Made by a program: the position numbers and the translations under genes. Below are positions 49,380 to 59,467 of a DNA stretch of 64,000 nt, in pieces. Every line of letters begins with the position of its first letter. The stretch's first letter is position 1. The DNA comes from Longimicrobiales bacterium (lineage in GTDB: Bacteria > Gemmatimonadota > Gemmatimonadetes > Longimicrobiales > Gaopeijiaceae). The stretch is from positions 2,560,001 through 2,624,000 of the forward strand of contig OZ220732.1 in NCBI GenBank assembly GCA_965116905.1. Reading direction: 5' to 3'. The notes beneath the pieces were generated by a model that had not been told where the DNA came from, did no database searches, and worked only from the letters and a program-made list of their open reading frames with translations.

Positions 49380-49482
49380 GAATTAAGATACCACGTCGGC
49401 TCGGAGTCCCCGGATGCGGCTCTTCCGGGTAACTTCCAGCCCGCGTCCCCGACGAGAAACGCTCAGCAACGGAGATCCGCCC

Positions 49483-50787
49483 ATGGCGCGCCTTCGCTTC
49501 CTCACAACGGCAATCCGGACGGTCACGGCTGCGGTCGCCGCAACGGTTGTCCCCGTAGCGGTCGTCGCCGCAACGGTCGTGGCCACGGCGGTCGTGGCCA
49601 CATCGGTCGTCTCCGCAGCGGTCGTCGCCGCTCTCGCGGTCCTTCCGGCCCCCGCGTCGTCGCAGGAGTCCTCCCCGACCGTTGCCGCCCAATCCCGTGC
49701 AACCGTGGCCCGCGTGGTCGCGCAGCTCGAGCCCGAGATCCGCAGAGCGATGGTGGAGGGCAGGATCCCCTCGCTGGCCATCTCCCTTACCGACCGCGAG
49801 GACGAACTCTGGAGCGGGGCCTACGGCGAGTCGAACCTCTGGGCGCGCACTCCGGCCACCACCCGGACCGTCTACCTGATCGGCTCGACCTTCAAGGCCC
49901 AGTCCACGGTCGCGCTGCTGCAGCAGATGGAGCGGGGGGCGTTCGCGCTCGACGACCCGGTGAGCGATCATCTGGACGATCTGGTCATCCGCGGCGAGGA
50001 CATCGAGCGGCCCGTCACCTTCCGCCATCTCCTCACCCACACCTCGGGGATGCCCGTCGACTTCGGACCGCACGCGCTATGGGGCGACACCGCGCCGCTC
50101 TCCCTGGACGCCTATCTGGGCGACTCCCTGCGCGTGGACACGCCGCCGCTCGAGGGCGTCGTCTACTCGAACATGGCCTATTCGCTGGTGGGACATCTGG
50201 TGGAGAAGTTCTCGGGCGTTCCCTACAAACAGTATGTCCGCGATCGCGTCTGGGGTGTGCTGGGCATGTCCTCGACGGCCTTCAACCCGTCCCCGGAGAT
50301 GGCCGAGCGTCTCGCGGTGCCCTACGTGCCCGACGAGGACTCGGGGCGCAACGCTCCCACGGAACGTCTTACGGCGAACGTGTGGCCGGCGGGAATCGTA
50401 TACGGGACGGTGCACGACCAGGCGGCCTGGATCCGCTTCAACCTCGGCGACGGCACGTGGGACGGGCAGCGGGTGCTTCGCGCGGCCACGATGGACGAGA
50501 TGCACTCGCTCCAGTACGAGCAGTTTGCCGGGACGCCCATGGGAGGCGGCTGGGGTTACGAGAGCCCCGGCTACGGCCTGACCTGGTGGACCTCGACGCG
50601 CGACGGTGAACGCTTCTTCGCCCACTCCGGCAGTGTTCCGGGGTACACGGCGTTCGCGTCGGGGAACCGGACCCGGGGGTTCGGTGTCGCACTGCTCACC
50701 AACGGAAACCGCGCCCACCCGCACCTGGTGCGCCTGACGCGGCTGGCGCTGGACCTGCTGGCCGCGGAGCTGGGCGAATCGAGATAG
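49483..50787 (+). CDS. Serine hydrolase, beta-lactamase family (class C/CubicO-like)
   Basis: SxxK (GSTFK), LLTHTSG, YSN, HSG; repeat-expanded signal peptide. Confidence 0.9.
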   Translation: MARLRFLTTAIRTVTAAVAATVVPVAVVAATVVATAVVATSVVSAAVVAALAVLPAPASSQESSPTVAAQSRATVARVVAQLEPEIRRAMVEGRIPSLAISLTDREDELWSGAYGESNLWARTPATTRTVYLIGSTFKAQSTVALLQQMERGAFALDDPVSDHLDDLVIRGEDIERPVTFRHLLTHTSGMPVDFGPHALWGDTAPLSLDAYLGDSLRVDTPPLEGVVYSNMAYSLVGHLVEKFSGVPYKQYVRDRVWGVLGMSSTAFNPSPEMAERLAVPYVPDEDSGRNAPTERLTANVWPAGIVYGTVHDQAAWIRFNLGDGTWDGQRVLRAATMDEMHSLQYEQFAGTPMGGGWGYESPGYGLTWWTSTRDGERFFAHSGSVPGYTAFASGNRTRGFGVALLTNGNRAHPHLVRLTRLALDLLAAELGESR

Positions 50788-50794
50788 GACGAAC

Positions 50795-52045
50795 ATGATC
50801 CCCTCCCTCCCACCCAACTGGCCCGCGCTGCTCCTTTGGCCGGGCGCGCTGGTCGTCGCGGCCTGGCTTTCGTACTGGCTTGCCTCGCGCCTTCTCCACC
50901 GGGTGATCCGCGGTGCGACCTCGCGGACGCGCTCGACGTGGGACGACCGCATCGTCGAACGCAAGGTCTTCCGCCGGCTTGCCCACGTCGTTCCCGCGCT
51001 GGTCTTTTTCCTCGGGATCGGCCCCGCGCTGGGCGTGACTCCGGCCGCGGCGGAGGCTGATCCGGGTGCAGTCTCCGCGATCCTGTGGACCTCCGTGCGA
51101 CGGCTGGCGGCCGCGTACCTCGCGCTGGCCATCGTCAGGGCCTTCAAGGGGTTCCTGGACGCCACGAACGACATCTACAACGAGACCTACGCCGAGGCGA
51201 AGTCGAGGCCCATCAAGGGCTACCTGCAGGTTGCGAGCCTCGTGGCCCACCTCGCGGCCGGCGTGGTCATCGCGGCCGTCCTGGCCGGTCTGTCCCCCCT
51301 GTTCTTCCTGTCCGGGCTCGGGGCCCTGGCGGCGGTGCTCATGCTCGTCTTCCGGGACACGATCCTGTCTCTGGTGGCGAGCGTCCAGATGGCCTCCAAC
51401 GACATGATCCGGATCGGCGACTGGGTGTCCGTTCCGCAGGCGAACTGCGACGGGGAGGTGATCGACATCGCCCTGCACACCGTCAAGGTTCAGAACTGGG
51501 ACAAGACGATCTCGACGATTCCGACCCACAAGTTCATCACCGAGTCGTTCAAGAACTGGCGCGGCATGTCCGAGTCGGGGGGGCGGCGGATCAAGAGGGG
51601 CCTGCGCATCGACATGGGCTCCGTGCGCTTCCTGTCCGACGAGGAGATCGAGGCGCTTTCGCGGCGGGAGGTGCTGAGCGACTACATGCGGGAGCGGCGG
51701 GCGGAGATCGATCGCTACAACGCGGCCAAGACGGCGAATGGCGATCCCACGGTCGTCCCGGAGACCCGGCGTCTGACCAATCTCGGGACCTTCCGGGCCT
51801 ACGTGCAGCGCTACCTGGAGGCGCATCCGCAGACCCACAAGAACATGACGCTGCTCGCCCGCCAGCTTGAACCCGGCCCGCAGGGGGTCCCGATCGAGAT
51901 CTACTGTTTTTCCAACGACACGGCGTGGGCCAACTACGAGGGATTCCAGGCCGACGTCTTCGACCACCTCATCTCGATTCTGCCGGAGTTCGGGCTCAGG
52001 GCGTTTCAGGCGCCGACCGGGAAGGACTTCGCGAAGGCTTTCTGA
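50795..52045 (+). CDS. Mechanosensitive channel, MscS family (YbdG/MscM-like)
   Basis: IRIGDWV, DGEVIDIALHTVKVQNWDKTISTIPT, NWRGMSESGGRRIKR, TNLGTFRAY. Confidence 0.93.
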   Translation: MIPSLPPNWPALLLWPGALVVAAWLSYWLASRLLHRVIRGATSRTRSTWDDRIVERKVFRRLAHVVPALVFFLGIGPALGVTPAAAEADPGAVSAILWTSVRRLAAAYLALAIVRAFKGFLDATNDIYNETYAEAKSRPIKGYLQVASLVAHLAAGVVIAAVLAGLSPLFFLSGLGALAAVLMLVFRDTILSLVASVQMASNDMIRIGDWVSVPQANCDGEVIDIALHTVKVQNWDKTISTIPTHKFITESFKNWRGMSESGGRRIKRGLRIDMGSVRFLSDEEIEALSRREVLSDYMRERRAEIDRYNAAKTANGDPTVVPETRRLTNLGTFRAYVQRYLEAHPQTHKNMTLLARQLEPGPQGVPIEIYCFSNDTAWANYEGFQADVFDHLISILPEFGLRAFQAPTGKDFAKAF

Positions 52046-52712
52046 AGACGATCAGCCCCACGGGTTGCGGCCGGCGCCACACGATTTCGCGCGACAGCAG
52101 CAGGTGTCCGCTTTCGAGAATGGAGAGGTTGTCGCGGATGGTTCCGCCGCCGGAGACTCGCCGCTCCACAGCGAATCGTTCACCGTCCCAGCGAAGGCGG
52201 GCTTCGATCGATCCCTGAGGAGCCGTCGCGTCCGTCCAGCCGCCGCCCACGGACAGAACCAGGGGCGCGCCTTCCTCGTACGCGACCGACAGTGCGTCGT
52301 CCAGGACCCCGAATGTGAGCGTCCGCGGAGTCACGCCCAGCATGACCATGGTCTGGCGCAGGCCCGCGGGGGTGCCGTCGATAGCGTTTCCCGCTTCGCC
52401 GCGGTCGCGCATCTCGGTCATCCACATGTCCGAGGCGCGCTGCGCAAGGTCTTCCTGGGAGCCGCCGGCCGTCGTCCGGGCTGATTCGGCCGTAGCCGCC
52501 TCGTCATGGCTCCACGTGCCGGCGAACGGCGCGAGCGCTGCGAGACGGGCTTCCGATTCGGCGGCCGACGGTGCCGACGCACACGCGGCCGTGCCCGCCA
52601 GGCAGGCCAGCAGGGCAGCAGCGGCCGACCACCGACGCGGCGCGGCCGGCCGGTACCGTCCGCACACGGCGGCGAAGCCCGGTGCGGTGTATTTCGAACT
52701 GTGGTCTTGCAT
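51996..52712 (-). CDS. Hypothetical lipoprotein
   Basis: Lipobox-like GTAAC; FAGTWS; last gene of the minus-strand operon; 3' end overlaps the MscS gene by 50 bp. Confidence 0.65.
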   Translation of the reverse strand: MQDHSSKYTAPGFAAVCGRYRPAAPRRWSAAAALLACLAGTAACASAPSAAESEARLAALAPFAGTWSHDEAATAESARTTAGGSQEDLAQRASDMWMTEMRDRGEAGNAIDGTPAGLRQTMVMLGVTPRTLTFGVLDDALSVAYEEGAPLVLSVGGGWTDATAPQGSIEARLRWDGERFAVERRVSGGGTIRDNLSILESGHLLLSREIVWRRPQPVGLIVFRKPSRSPSRSAPETP

Positions 52713-52714
52713 GG

Positions 52715-53521
52715 CTAACAACCTCGTCCAACCAGGGGTATGGGCGCTGGCGAGAATCCCTCCCTTGCCGCGCGGGACAGGAAATCCTTCGTGTACATGC
52801 GGACCATGCCCATACCCTCGTAGACCTCGAGGAGTCCGAGTTCGCCGGGGTGGATGTTGCCGAGGAAGCCGCTGGCGACCGCCACCTCGTCAAGGCACAC
52901 CCTCAAGGGCAGTTGCCGTCCACGCAGGCGGACCTGCAACCGGTCCAGCTGGTCCCGGTACAGGGTGAGGGCGGTCCGCGCATCCACGAAAGCGGCGACG
53001 TCCATCTCGATCGTCCGCTCCATGGCCTCGGTCTCGAATGCCTCCGAAGCCCTCGGGGTGCCGAGGCGGCGGACCTCCAGCTGGCGCACGAGACGCTCGA
53101 CGACGACCTCGATCCCCTCGAGCTCGATCGCCATGGGATTGAGACGCACCACCATGAAGGCGTTCAGGCCGACTGCGGACTGCTCGCGGTTGGTCTCATA
53201 CCCGAAGCTGGAGGTGATGAACGTATAGCGGCCGGGGACGAGCTCGGGGAACACGAAGCGGCCGACGCGGTCGGTCACGACCAGGAGCTTGAGCTCCGCG
53301 ATCTGGACGGTTGCTTCGGGGATCGGGAGTTCTGTCCTGTAGTCGCGGACTTCGCCCTGAAACGTGAAGGTGCGTGACGGGTCGGGCACCGTGTCCTGGG
53401 CACGTGCCGATCCCGCGATCCCGGGGACCGGAAGCGCCGCCGCGGCCGCCGCGAGCGACGCTGCGATGAGCAGGCGCCGAACGGGTGGGGCGTCCGGGGC
53501 GGTCACGGCCCAGGTCTGCAT
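52715..53521 (-). CDS. Carboxypeptidase-like regulatory domain protein with short plug-like C-terminus
   Basis: Signal peptide; GEVRD..TELPIPEATV..TDRVGRF.F..L.PG.Y....FGY; LEVY..MVRMYT. Confidence 0.7.
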   Translation of the reverse strand: MQTWAVTAPDAPPVRRLLIAASLAAAAAALPVPGIAGSARAQDTVPDPSRTFTFQGEVRDYRTELPIPEATVQIAELKLLVVTDRVGRFVFPELVPGRYTFITSSFGYETNREQSAVGLNAFMVVRLNPMAIELEGIEVVVERLVRQLEVRRLGTPRASEAFETEAMERTIEMDVAAFVDARTALTLYRDQLDRLQVRLRGRQLPLRVCLDEVAVASGFLGNIHPGELGLLEVYEGMGMVRMYTKDFLSRAAREGFSPAPIPLVGRGC

Positions 53522-53525
53522 GTGC

Positions 53526-55658
53526 TCAGCGGGCCTTGAGGAAGCGGTCGAAGAAATCCTCGGCGGCACCGAAGGCGGCCATCCAGTTCCGTTGCAGCAG
53601 GAACCCGTGCACTTCGTCGGGGAAGACGAGGTGTTCCACGTGCACGCCGTTGCCTCGCAGCACTTCCGCAAGTTCGACCGATTCCGCGAAGGGAACATTG
53701 CGGTCGTCGTCGCCGTGGATGAGCAGCACAGGAGAGGTCCATCCCTCTACAAAGGCCATGGGCGAGGACTCGAAGGCGCGGCGTGCCACCTCGGGCCTGG
53801 CCGCGGGTTCGTAGGAAGGCACGAAGTTCCGGATTGCCTTGTTCCAGTCGTGGACGCCGTGGATGTCCACGCCGGCCTTGAACAGGTCCGATGCGCGTGC
53901 GAGCCCGTGGGCGGTCAGGTAGCCGCCGTAGGAGCCGCCCCAGAGTCCGATCCGGTTGCCGTCCACATCGTCCCGCGACGCCATGTACACGCCCGCGCCG
54001 AGGACATCGTTGACCTCGGATGCGCCGTCCGCCCCGTAGTGGAGCGCCTCGCGGAACTCCATGCCGTACCCGATGCCGCTGCGGTAGTTGACCGAGAGGA
54101 CCGCGTAGCCGTTGGCGGCGAGGTGCTGGTTGAAGGAATAGGTGTTGTGGTAGTAGCCGCGGTGGTGGAAGCCGAGCAGCATCTGTCGGCGGGAGCCGCC
54201 GTGGAGGAACAGGACGCCGGGCCAGCCGCCGGGTGGGGGTTCTCCGGTGGGGAGGAAGAGCTGGCCGTGTATGGGCATGCCGTCGGTGGAGCGGAAGACG
54301 ACCTGAACGGGGTCGGCGAGGCCGCTGGGGATGCCGTCCATGGCCCGGGGCGCCAGCCAGCGCCGCTCGCCTCCGGCCAGCACCTCGGCATGGGCGGGCA
54401 CGGTCCCCGCGGAAGCCAGAAAGACCACCGATCCGTCGGTCGTGGGGGCCGGTTGCCATTCGATCCCGGCCCCTGGCGTCAGGAGGCGGGCGCCGCTGCC
54501 GTCCAGCGGTCCCTGCCACAGGTGCTGGCGATCGACATCTCCCTCGTTGGAAGAGAAGACGAGAGCCTCCCCGCCCGGCGCGAGGGCCACGTACTGCACC
54601 TCGAAGTCCCCGCTGGCAATGGGCCTGGGCTCGTCGCCGTCCCGGGCATCGACCGAATAGAGATTCGTGAAGCCGTTTCCCTCCCACGGGAACGCGATGC
54701 GGTCGTCGGCGCCCCAGAAGATATTGTTCGACCCCGAGATGGCGCGGAATGCGCTTCCGGGTCCCTCGGGGGCGGTGAACACCGTGCGCGGGGCTCCGCT
54801 GTCCAGGTTGACGACCCGGATGCTCCACGGGATCGACTCCCGCACGGCGAAGAAGGGCAGGCGGTCGCGCTGGTTGGGGATGCGCAGAAAGGCGATCTCG
54901 CGCCCATCCGGCGACCACGCAGGGCTCCCGTCCGCGTCGAGCGACGGGTCGAGGTACCGTAGCGTCCCGCTCTCAAGTGCGAGCACCCCGATGAAGGCGT
55001 GATCTCCCCGCCGGCTCGTCCAGGCCAGGCGGGTCCCGTCGGGCGAGAGGCGCAGTTCCGACGGACTTCCGCGGCCCCGGACCAGGGGCTCGGGAGGGGC
55101 GGAGGGGTCGCGAGCCGGCCTGCGCTGGATCACGCCGCGGTCGATGTAGATCACCCATGCGCCGTCCGGCGAGAGGAGCGGTGAGTGGCCCGGTCCCAGC
55201 CTGTGCGTGCCGCTGCCGTCGGTTCCCACCACCCAGACCTCGCGGTCCGTTCCGGCGGGATCGCTCTCGGGGTTGGGAATCTCGCCGGCACGGTTCGGGG
55301 CCCCTCCCCGCACGAACGCGACCAGCGAGCCGTTGGCCGCCACCGCCAGTTCAGCGATCTCCTGGCCGTCGTCACTCGTGAACGAGGTCAGGCGGCGTCC
55401 GGTCCAGCCGGGCGCGGCGGCCGTCCAGACGTTCCGCGCCCCTCGCTCGTTGCGCACCCACGCGACGACCGGGGCCGCGGGGGCTGCGGTCAACGCGGTG
55501 GGGAAAGGCCACCCCACCAGCGCGTCCAGATCTGTGGTGCCGTCCTGGGCGGCCGCGGGCGCGGCGGCTGCCGCCAGGACCAGCGCGGTCAGGGCCACTG
55601 AGGCGGTGGCCGTGGTGCGCCCTCGCATGGTACTGGTGCACGCTCGCATGGTGCGCAT
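53526..55658 (-). CDS. S9 family serine peptidase (prolyl oligopeptidase-like)
   Basis: Propeller SPDG repeats, LHGG, VNYRSGIGYG, GGSYGG, HGDDDRNV, EVHGF. Confidence 0.92.
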   Translation of the reverse strand: MRTMRACTSTMRGRTTATASVALTALVLAAAAAPAAAQDGTTDLDALVGWPFPTALTAAPAAPVVAWVRNERGARNVWTAAAPGWTGRRLTSFTSDDGQEIAELAVAANGSLVAFVRGGAPNRAGEIPNPESDPAGTDREVWVVGTDGSGTHRLGPGHSPLLSPDGAWVIYIDRGVIQRRPARDPSAPPEPLVRGRGSPSELRLSPDGTRLAWTSRRGDHAFIGVLALESGTLRYLDPSLDADGSPAWSPDGREIAFLRIPNQRDRLPFFAVRESIPWSIRVVNLDSGAPRTVFTAPEGPGSAFRAISGSNNIFWGADDRIAFPWEGNGFTNLYSVDARDGDEPRPIASGDFEVQYVALAPGGEALVFSSNEGDVDRQHLWQGPLDGSGARLLTPGAGIEWQPAPTTDGSVVFLASAGTVPAHAEVLAGGERRWLAPRAMDGIPSGLADPVQVVFRSTDGMPIHGQLFLPTGEPPPGGWPGVLFLHGGSRRQMLLGFHHRGYYHNTYSFNQHLAANGYAVLSVNYRSGIGYGMEFREALHYGADGASEVNDVLGAGVYMASRDDVDGNRIGLWGGSYGGYLTAHGLARASDLFKAGVDIHGVHDWNKAIRNFVPSYEPAARPEVARRAFESSPMAFVEGWTSPVLLIHGDDDRNVPFAESVELAEVLRGNGVHVEHLVFPDEVHGFLLQRNWMAAFGAAEDFFDRFLKAR

Positions 55659-57043
55659 CAGAGGGGCTGCACCACGAGGAACGAGGTCACCGCAACCGCC
55701 GCGGCACCGAACGCCAGTTCGGCGGTGGCGGATCTGCGAAGGGCTGCCGGATCCGGGTCGGCCGCCAGGGCCGGCCGCACGACGCGCCAGTTGTAGAAGC
55801 CGATGGCCATCACACATGCGACAACGAGGTCCTTGATGAGGAGTGATCGTCCCCAGGGCGTGGTCCAGAGGTCCGACGGGGCACCCATGTGGAGCCACGC
55901 CTTCACACCGCCGGATACGACCAGGGTTCCGACGGCGACGAGCGCCAGCCGGGAGAAGGCACCCACAAGCGTGGGCAGGCCGGACCACGGGGTCCCGTTG
56001 TCGGCGGCGGCGCGCGACGCCGGGAGTCCGGCCGAGAGCAGGCAGAACAGCCCCCCGACCCACGCGCCCGCCGCCACCACGTGCAGGTAGGTCGCGACCA
56101 CGGACAGGCCTCGTGGCGCGTCGGCCCAGGCATGCCCGGAGAGGATCGGTGCCAGGGGGACGAGAAGGGCCGCGGCCAGCAGGACGTGCCAGCCGGCCCC
56201 GCCGCGAGTTCCGGGACGGCCCAGCGCAGCCCCCGCGGCCGCGACGAACCCGGCGGCGGCGTGCAGCCACCATCCGCTGCTCCAGGGCGTTCCCGCCGTC
56301 AGGGTGGCGAGGCTGGCGCCGGGGGCGTCCGGGAACCCCGTCCGCACGTGGAGCCAGAGCCGCAGGGGAAGGGCCACCAGGAGCAGCGCGGCAGCGGCCG
56401 CCGCGATCCGCCACGCACCCGTGGAAACGCGTTTCGCGACGTCCTCCGGAAGGCCGGCGTTCGTTGCGGCGCCGAGCACGATCACCTTGAAGGCGACCGA
56501 CCCCAGGAGTCCCACGATGCCCACGTAGAACGCAAAACGCGTCAGCAGCGCCACCGGATTCGCCAGGGATCCCGCGCCGGCGTCGCCCGCGGTCTCTGCG
56601 CGCTGAGATGCTGGCCCGGCCCCCCGCGTCGGGATCGCGTCCGCGCCCGCCGGCTCGTCCTCCGCGGGAGTGCCGACCTGAAACCCGAATTCGCCGGAGA
56701 GCGCGTGTCCGTCCGGTCCCGCCGTGGTCCATGCCACGACATAGGAGCCCCGGCCCAGCGGTTCGAGGAGCGCGAGCACGAGCACGTCCTGCCGGTCCTC
56801 GTGCAGATAGCTCAGGTTACCGGCGGCGACGGGGGATGCGTCCGCGCCTGCGGACCGTACGGAAATGCTGCTCTGGGAGAGCTGGACGGCGGTGGTGTAG
56901 GTGAGCGTCACCGCCATCGGGGACTCCGTCAGCACGGCATCCTCCGCCGGGCTCGACTCCTTGAGTTCGGTGTGTAGCCGGGAGGCGGCCAGGACTGCGG
57001 GCAGGGTCAGCAGAGCGCCCGTGACCAGGGCGGGCGCACGCAC
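55658..57043 (-). CDS. CopC-CopD fusion copper transport/resistance protein
   Basis: Mature N-terminal His (HTELKESSP), W...GPDGH..SG.F.F CopC motif; CopD SGHAW, LHVVAAGAWVGGL, TPWGRSLLIK. Confidence 0.88.
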   Translation of the reverse strand: MRAPALVTGALLTLPAVLAASRLHTELKESSPAEDAVLTESPMAVTLTYTTAVQLSQSSISVRSAGADASPVAAGNLSYLHEDRQDVLVLALLEPLGRGSYVVAWTTAGPDGHALSGEFGFQVGTPAEDEPAGADAIPTRGAGPASQRAETAGDAGAGSLANPVALLTRFAFYVGIVGLLGSVAFKVIVLGAATNAGLPEDVAKRVSTGAWRIAAAAAALLLVALPLRLWLHVRTGFPDAPGASLATLTAGTPWSSGWWLHAAAGFVAAAGAALGRPGTRGGAGWHVLLAAALLVPLAPILSGHAWADAPRGLSVVATYLHVVAAGAWVGGLFCLLSAGLPASRAAADNGTPWSGLPTLVGAFSRLALVAVGTLVVSGGVKAWLHMGAPSDLWTTPWGRSLLIKDLVVACVMAIGFYNWRVVRPALAADPDPAALRRSATAELAFGAAAVAVTSFLVVQPL

Positions 57044-57044
57044 A

Positions 57045-58379
57045 TCACACCTCCGGCAACCCGTGCTTGATCGCCGACTCCATGGCCTCGCTGAACCGGT
57101 CGAGTTCCTCCAGGGTCGTGTACACGCTCGGCGAGATCCGCAACCCGGTGCACTCCTCGTGACCGATGGCGACGTTGATGATGCGGTGCTCGCTCCAGAG
57201 CCACCTGCTCAGGGCCCCCGTGTCCAGGCCCTCCACGTGCACGTTTCCGATTCCGCACGCGAATCCGGGCCTCTGGCTCGTGTTGAGGCTCACGCGGTCG
57301 TTCTCGAGAAGGCGGTTTGCCCAGTAGTCGCGAAGATAGATGAGGCGCTCCGCCTTCCGCTCGGCCCCGATCCCCTGGTGGAAGGTGAGGGCCTCCCCGA
57401 TGGCGAGGTAGTTGGCGGCGGGATGCGTCCCGATCTCCTCGTACTTGCGGATGTCGCCGTCCATGCGGTCGGGTGCCGCCATGAGGGGCCAAATGTTGGC
57501 GATCTCGTCGCGGCGCACGTACAGCAGGCCGGTTCCGTGCGGAGCGAAGAGCCACTTGTGGAGGCTGGTCGAATAGTTGTCGCAGTCCAGGTCGCGCAGC
57601 TTGAACGGGAAGTGCGCCATGGCGTGGGCGCCGTCCACGATCACGGGAATGCCGTGTTTGCGCGCCATCGTCACGATCTCGCGCACGGGCAGGATCTGGC
57701 CCGTCAGGTTGATCATGTGACACATGAGGATCAGCCGCGTGCGCGGGGTGATGCCCTCCTCGAAACGGCGCACGACCTCGGCCGGATCCTCGGCCGGAAC
57801 GGGTACCTTGATCTGCCGCATCACGATTCCCTCACGGCGTTCCCGCTGCCGGAACGTGGTGAGCATGCGGCCGTAGTCCTGCGTTGTGGTGAGGACTTCG
57901 TCGCCCGGTTCCAGGTCGTAGCCGAACTGACAGGTCTGCAGTCCCTCGGACGCGTTGCGGGTGAACGCGATCTCGTCCGCGTCGACCCCCCATGCGCGCG
58001 CCATCCGGGCCCGCACCCCTTCCCGCTGCGGCTCGAGGATCTGCCACATCGTATAGGTGGGCGCCTCGTTCGAGTAGTCGAGGTGCCGCTTCATCGCGTC
58101 CTGGACGAAGGTAGGGGACGGGCTGACGCCACCGTTGTTGAGGTTCACCAGGGTCCTGTCCACCGTGAAGGCCCGGGCGACCTCCGACCAGAAGCTCTCG
58201 TCGTCGGCAGTTTCGGCCGCGGTTCCCGGATGGCGGGCGAGGTCCCCCGCGATGAGCGTGGCGCGGGAATTGAACGACGGCAGCTGCGAGACTCCCAGCG
58301 CTGCCGCGGCCGAACCAAGGAAGTCCCTTCTGCTCGGGGCGGGCCGGTGTTTCGGACTCTTTTTTGTGCTTGCCTTCAT
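57045..58379 (-). CDS. Class V PLP-dependent aminotransferase (isopenicillin N epimerase/desulfurase-like) with Tat signal
   Basis: SRRDFLG; NLNNGGVSPSP, TRNASEG, VDGAH, SLHKWLFAPHGTG. Confidence 0.9.
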   Translation of the reverse strand: MKASTKKSPKHRPAPSRRDFLGSAAAALGVSQLPSFNSRATLIAGDLARHPGTAAETADDESFWSEVARAFTVDRTLVNLNNGGVSPSPTFVQDAMKRHLDYSNEAPTYTMWQILEPQREGVRARMARAWGVDADEIAFTRNASEGLQTCQFGYDLEPGDEVLTTTQDYGRMLTTFRQRERREGIVMRQIKVPVPAEDPAEVVRRFEEGITPRTRLILMCHMINLTGQILPVREIVTMARKHGIPVIVDGAHAMAHFPFKLRDLDCDNYSTSLHKWLFAPHGTGLLYVRRDEIANIWPLMAAPDRMDGDIRKYEEIGTHPAANYLAIGEALTFHQGIGAERKAERLIYLRDYWANRLLENDRVSLNTSQRPGFACGIGNVHVEGLDTGALSRWLWSEHRIINVAIGHEECTGLRISPSVYTTLEELDRFSEAMESAIKHGLPEV

Positions 58380-58477
58380 CAGGATCCTCCGCGTCTCGGC
58401 TTGGCAGCCCGCGATCCTCCAGGGCGGGTCGAACAAACTACGATAAGCGCGGTGGGGAGGGCGGGCAAACGAGGGCA

Positions 58478-58537
58478 GCGGCGGGCGGTTTGCCGCGGCG
58501 GGCGGTTCGCTGCGGCGGGCGGTTCGCTGCGGCGGGC
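58478..58537. repeat. 17-bp tandem repeat x3.5 just upstream of rnz
   Basis: GCGGCGGGCGGTTYGCY x3 plus a partial copy. Confidence 0.85.
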
Positions 58538-58555
58538 CGTTATCTTTACCGCGAG

Positions 58556-59467
58556 ATGATTCGAGTCCGTTTTCTGGGGACCGCCGCCGCGCGGCCGACC
58601 GTTCGCCGGAATGTTTCGGCCATCGCGATCCAGCGGGAGGGCCGTTCCGTCCTCTGGGACTGCGGCGAGGGCACCCAGCGTCAGATCATGCGCTTCGGCA
58701 CCGGCTTTACGTTCTCGCACATCTTCATCACCCACGCCCATGCCGACCACTTCCTGGGCCTTCCGGGACTGCTCAGGACCATGGGGCTGCAGGGGAGGGA
58801 AGAGCGCATGAACATCTACGGCCCGGCCGGAGCCGTCGCCACCCTGGACGCGGCGGTGCGGCTGGGTGTCGAAAGGCTGCCCTTTCCGGTCGAGGTCGGA
58901 AGCCTCAGACCGGGTGATCGGGTGGACTTCGGTGACTGGGCCATGCACGCGTTTCGCGCCGAACACGGGGTCGCCGCGCTCGGATATGCATTGATCGAGG
59001 ACGCGCGGCTGGGCCGCTTCGACGTGGAGGCTGCGCGTCGCCTGGGGGTACCGGAGGGGCCCCTGTTCGGCCGGTTGCATCGGGGGGAGACCATCTATGT
59101 CGGGGACCGGACCATCTCGCCGGACGATGTGGTTGGCCCATCGCGACCCGGGCGCACCGTGGTGTACACGGGCGACACGAGGCCGAGTCGCACCACGGTG
59201 CGGGTCGCCAGGGGGGCCGACCTCCTGATCCACGAGGCCACGTTCGGGTCGGACGAGGTGGGGCGCGCACGCGAGACCCGGCACTCGACCGCGGCGGAGG
59301 CCGCCGACGTGGCGGCGCGGGCGCACGTGCGGCGACTGGTGCTGACCCACATTTCGGCCCGCTACTCGGAGTCGCCGGAGCGGTTGCGAAACCAGGCGCG
59401 CGACGTGTTCCCGGAGGCTTCGGTCGCGCACGATGGCCTGGAGGTGGAGCTCGGATACCATGAGTGA
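58556..59467 (+). CDS. rnz: Ribonuclease Z
   Basis: FLGTAAARPT..RN, DCGEGTQRQ, THAHADH, exosite GVPEGP, YTGDT, HEATF, HST, LTHISARY. Confidence 0.96.
   Translation: MIRVRFLGTAAARPTVRRNVSAIAIQREGRSVLWDCGEGTQRQIMRFGTGFTFSHIFITHAHADHFLGLPGLLRTMGLQGREERMNIYGPAGAVATLDAAVRLGVERLPFPVEVGSLRPGDRVDFGDWAMHAFRAEHGVAALGYALIEDARLGRFDVEAARRLGVPEGPLFGRLHRGETIYVGDRTISPDDVVGPSRPGRTVVYTGDTRPSRTTVRVARGADLLIHEATFGSDEVGRARETRHSTAAEAADVAARAHVRRLVLTHISARYSESPERLRNQARDVFPEASVAHDGLEVELGYHE

Noticed and set aside
49483..50787. Antibiotic-resistance beta-lactamase
   Set aside because: The motifs place it only in the broad serine hydrolase family, most members of which are esterases or peptidases; no evidence for resistance function.
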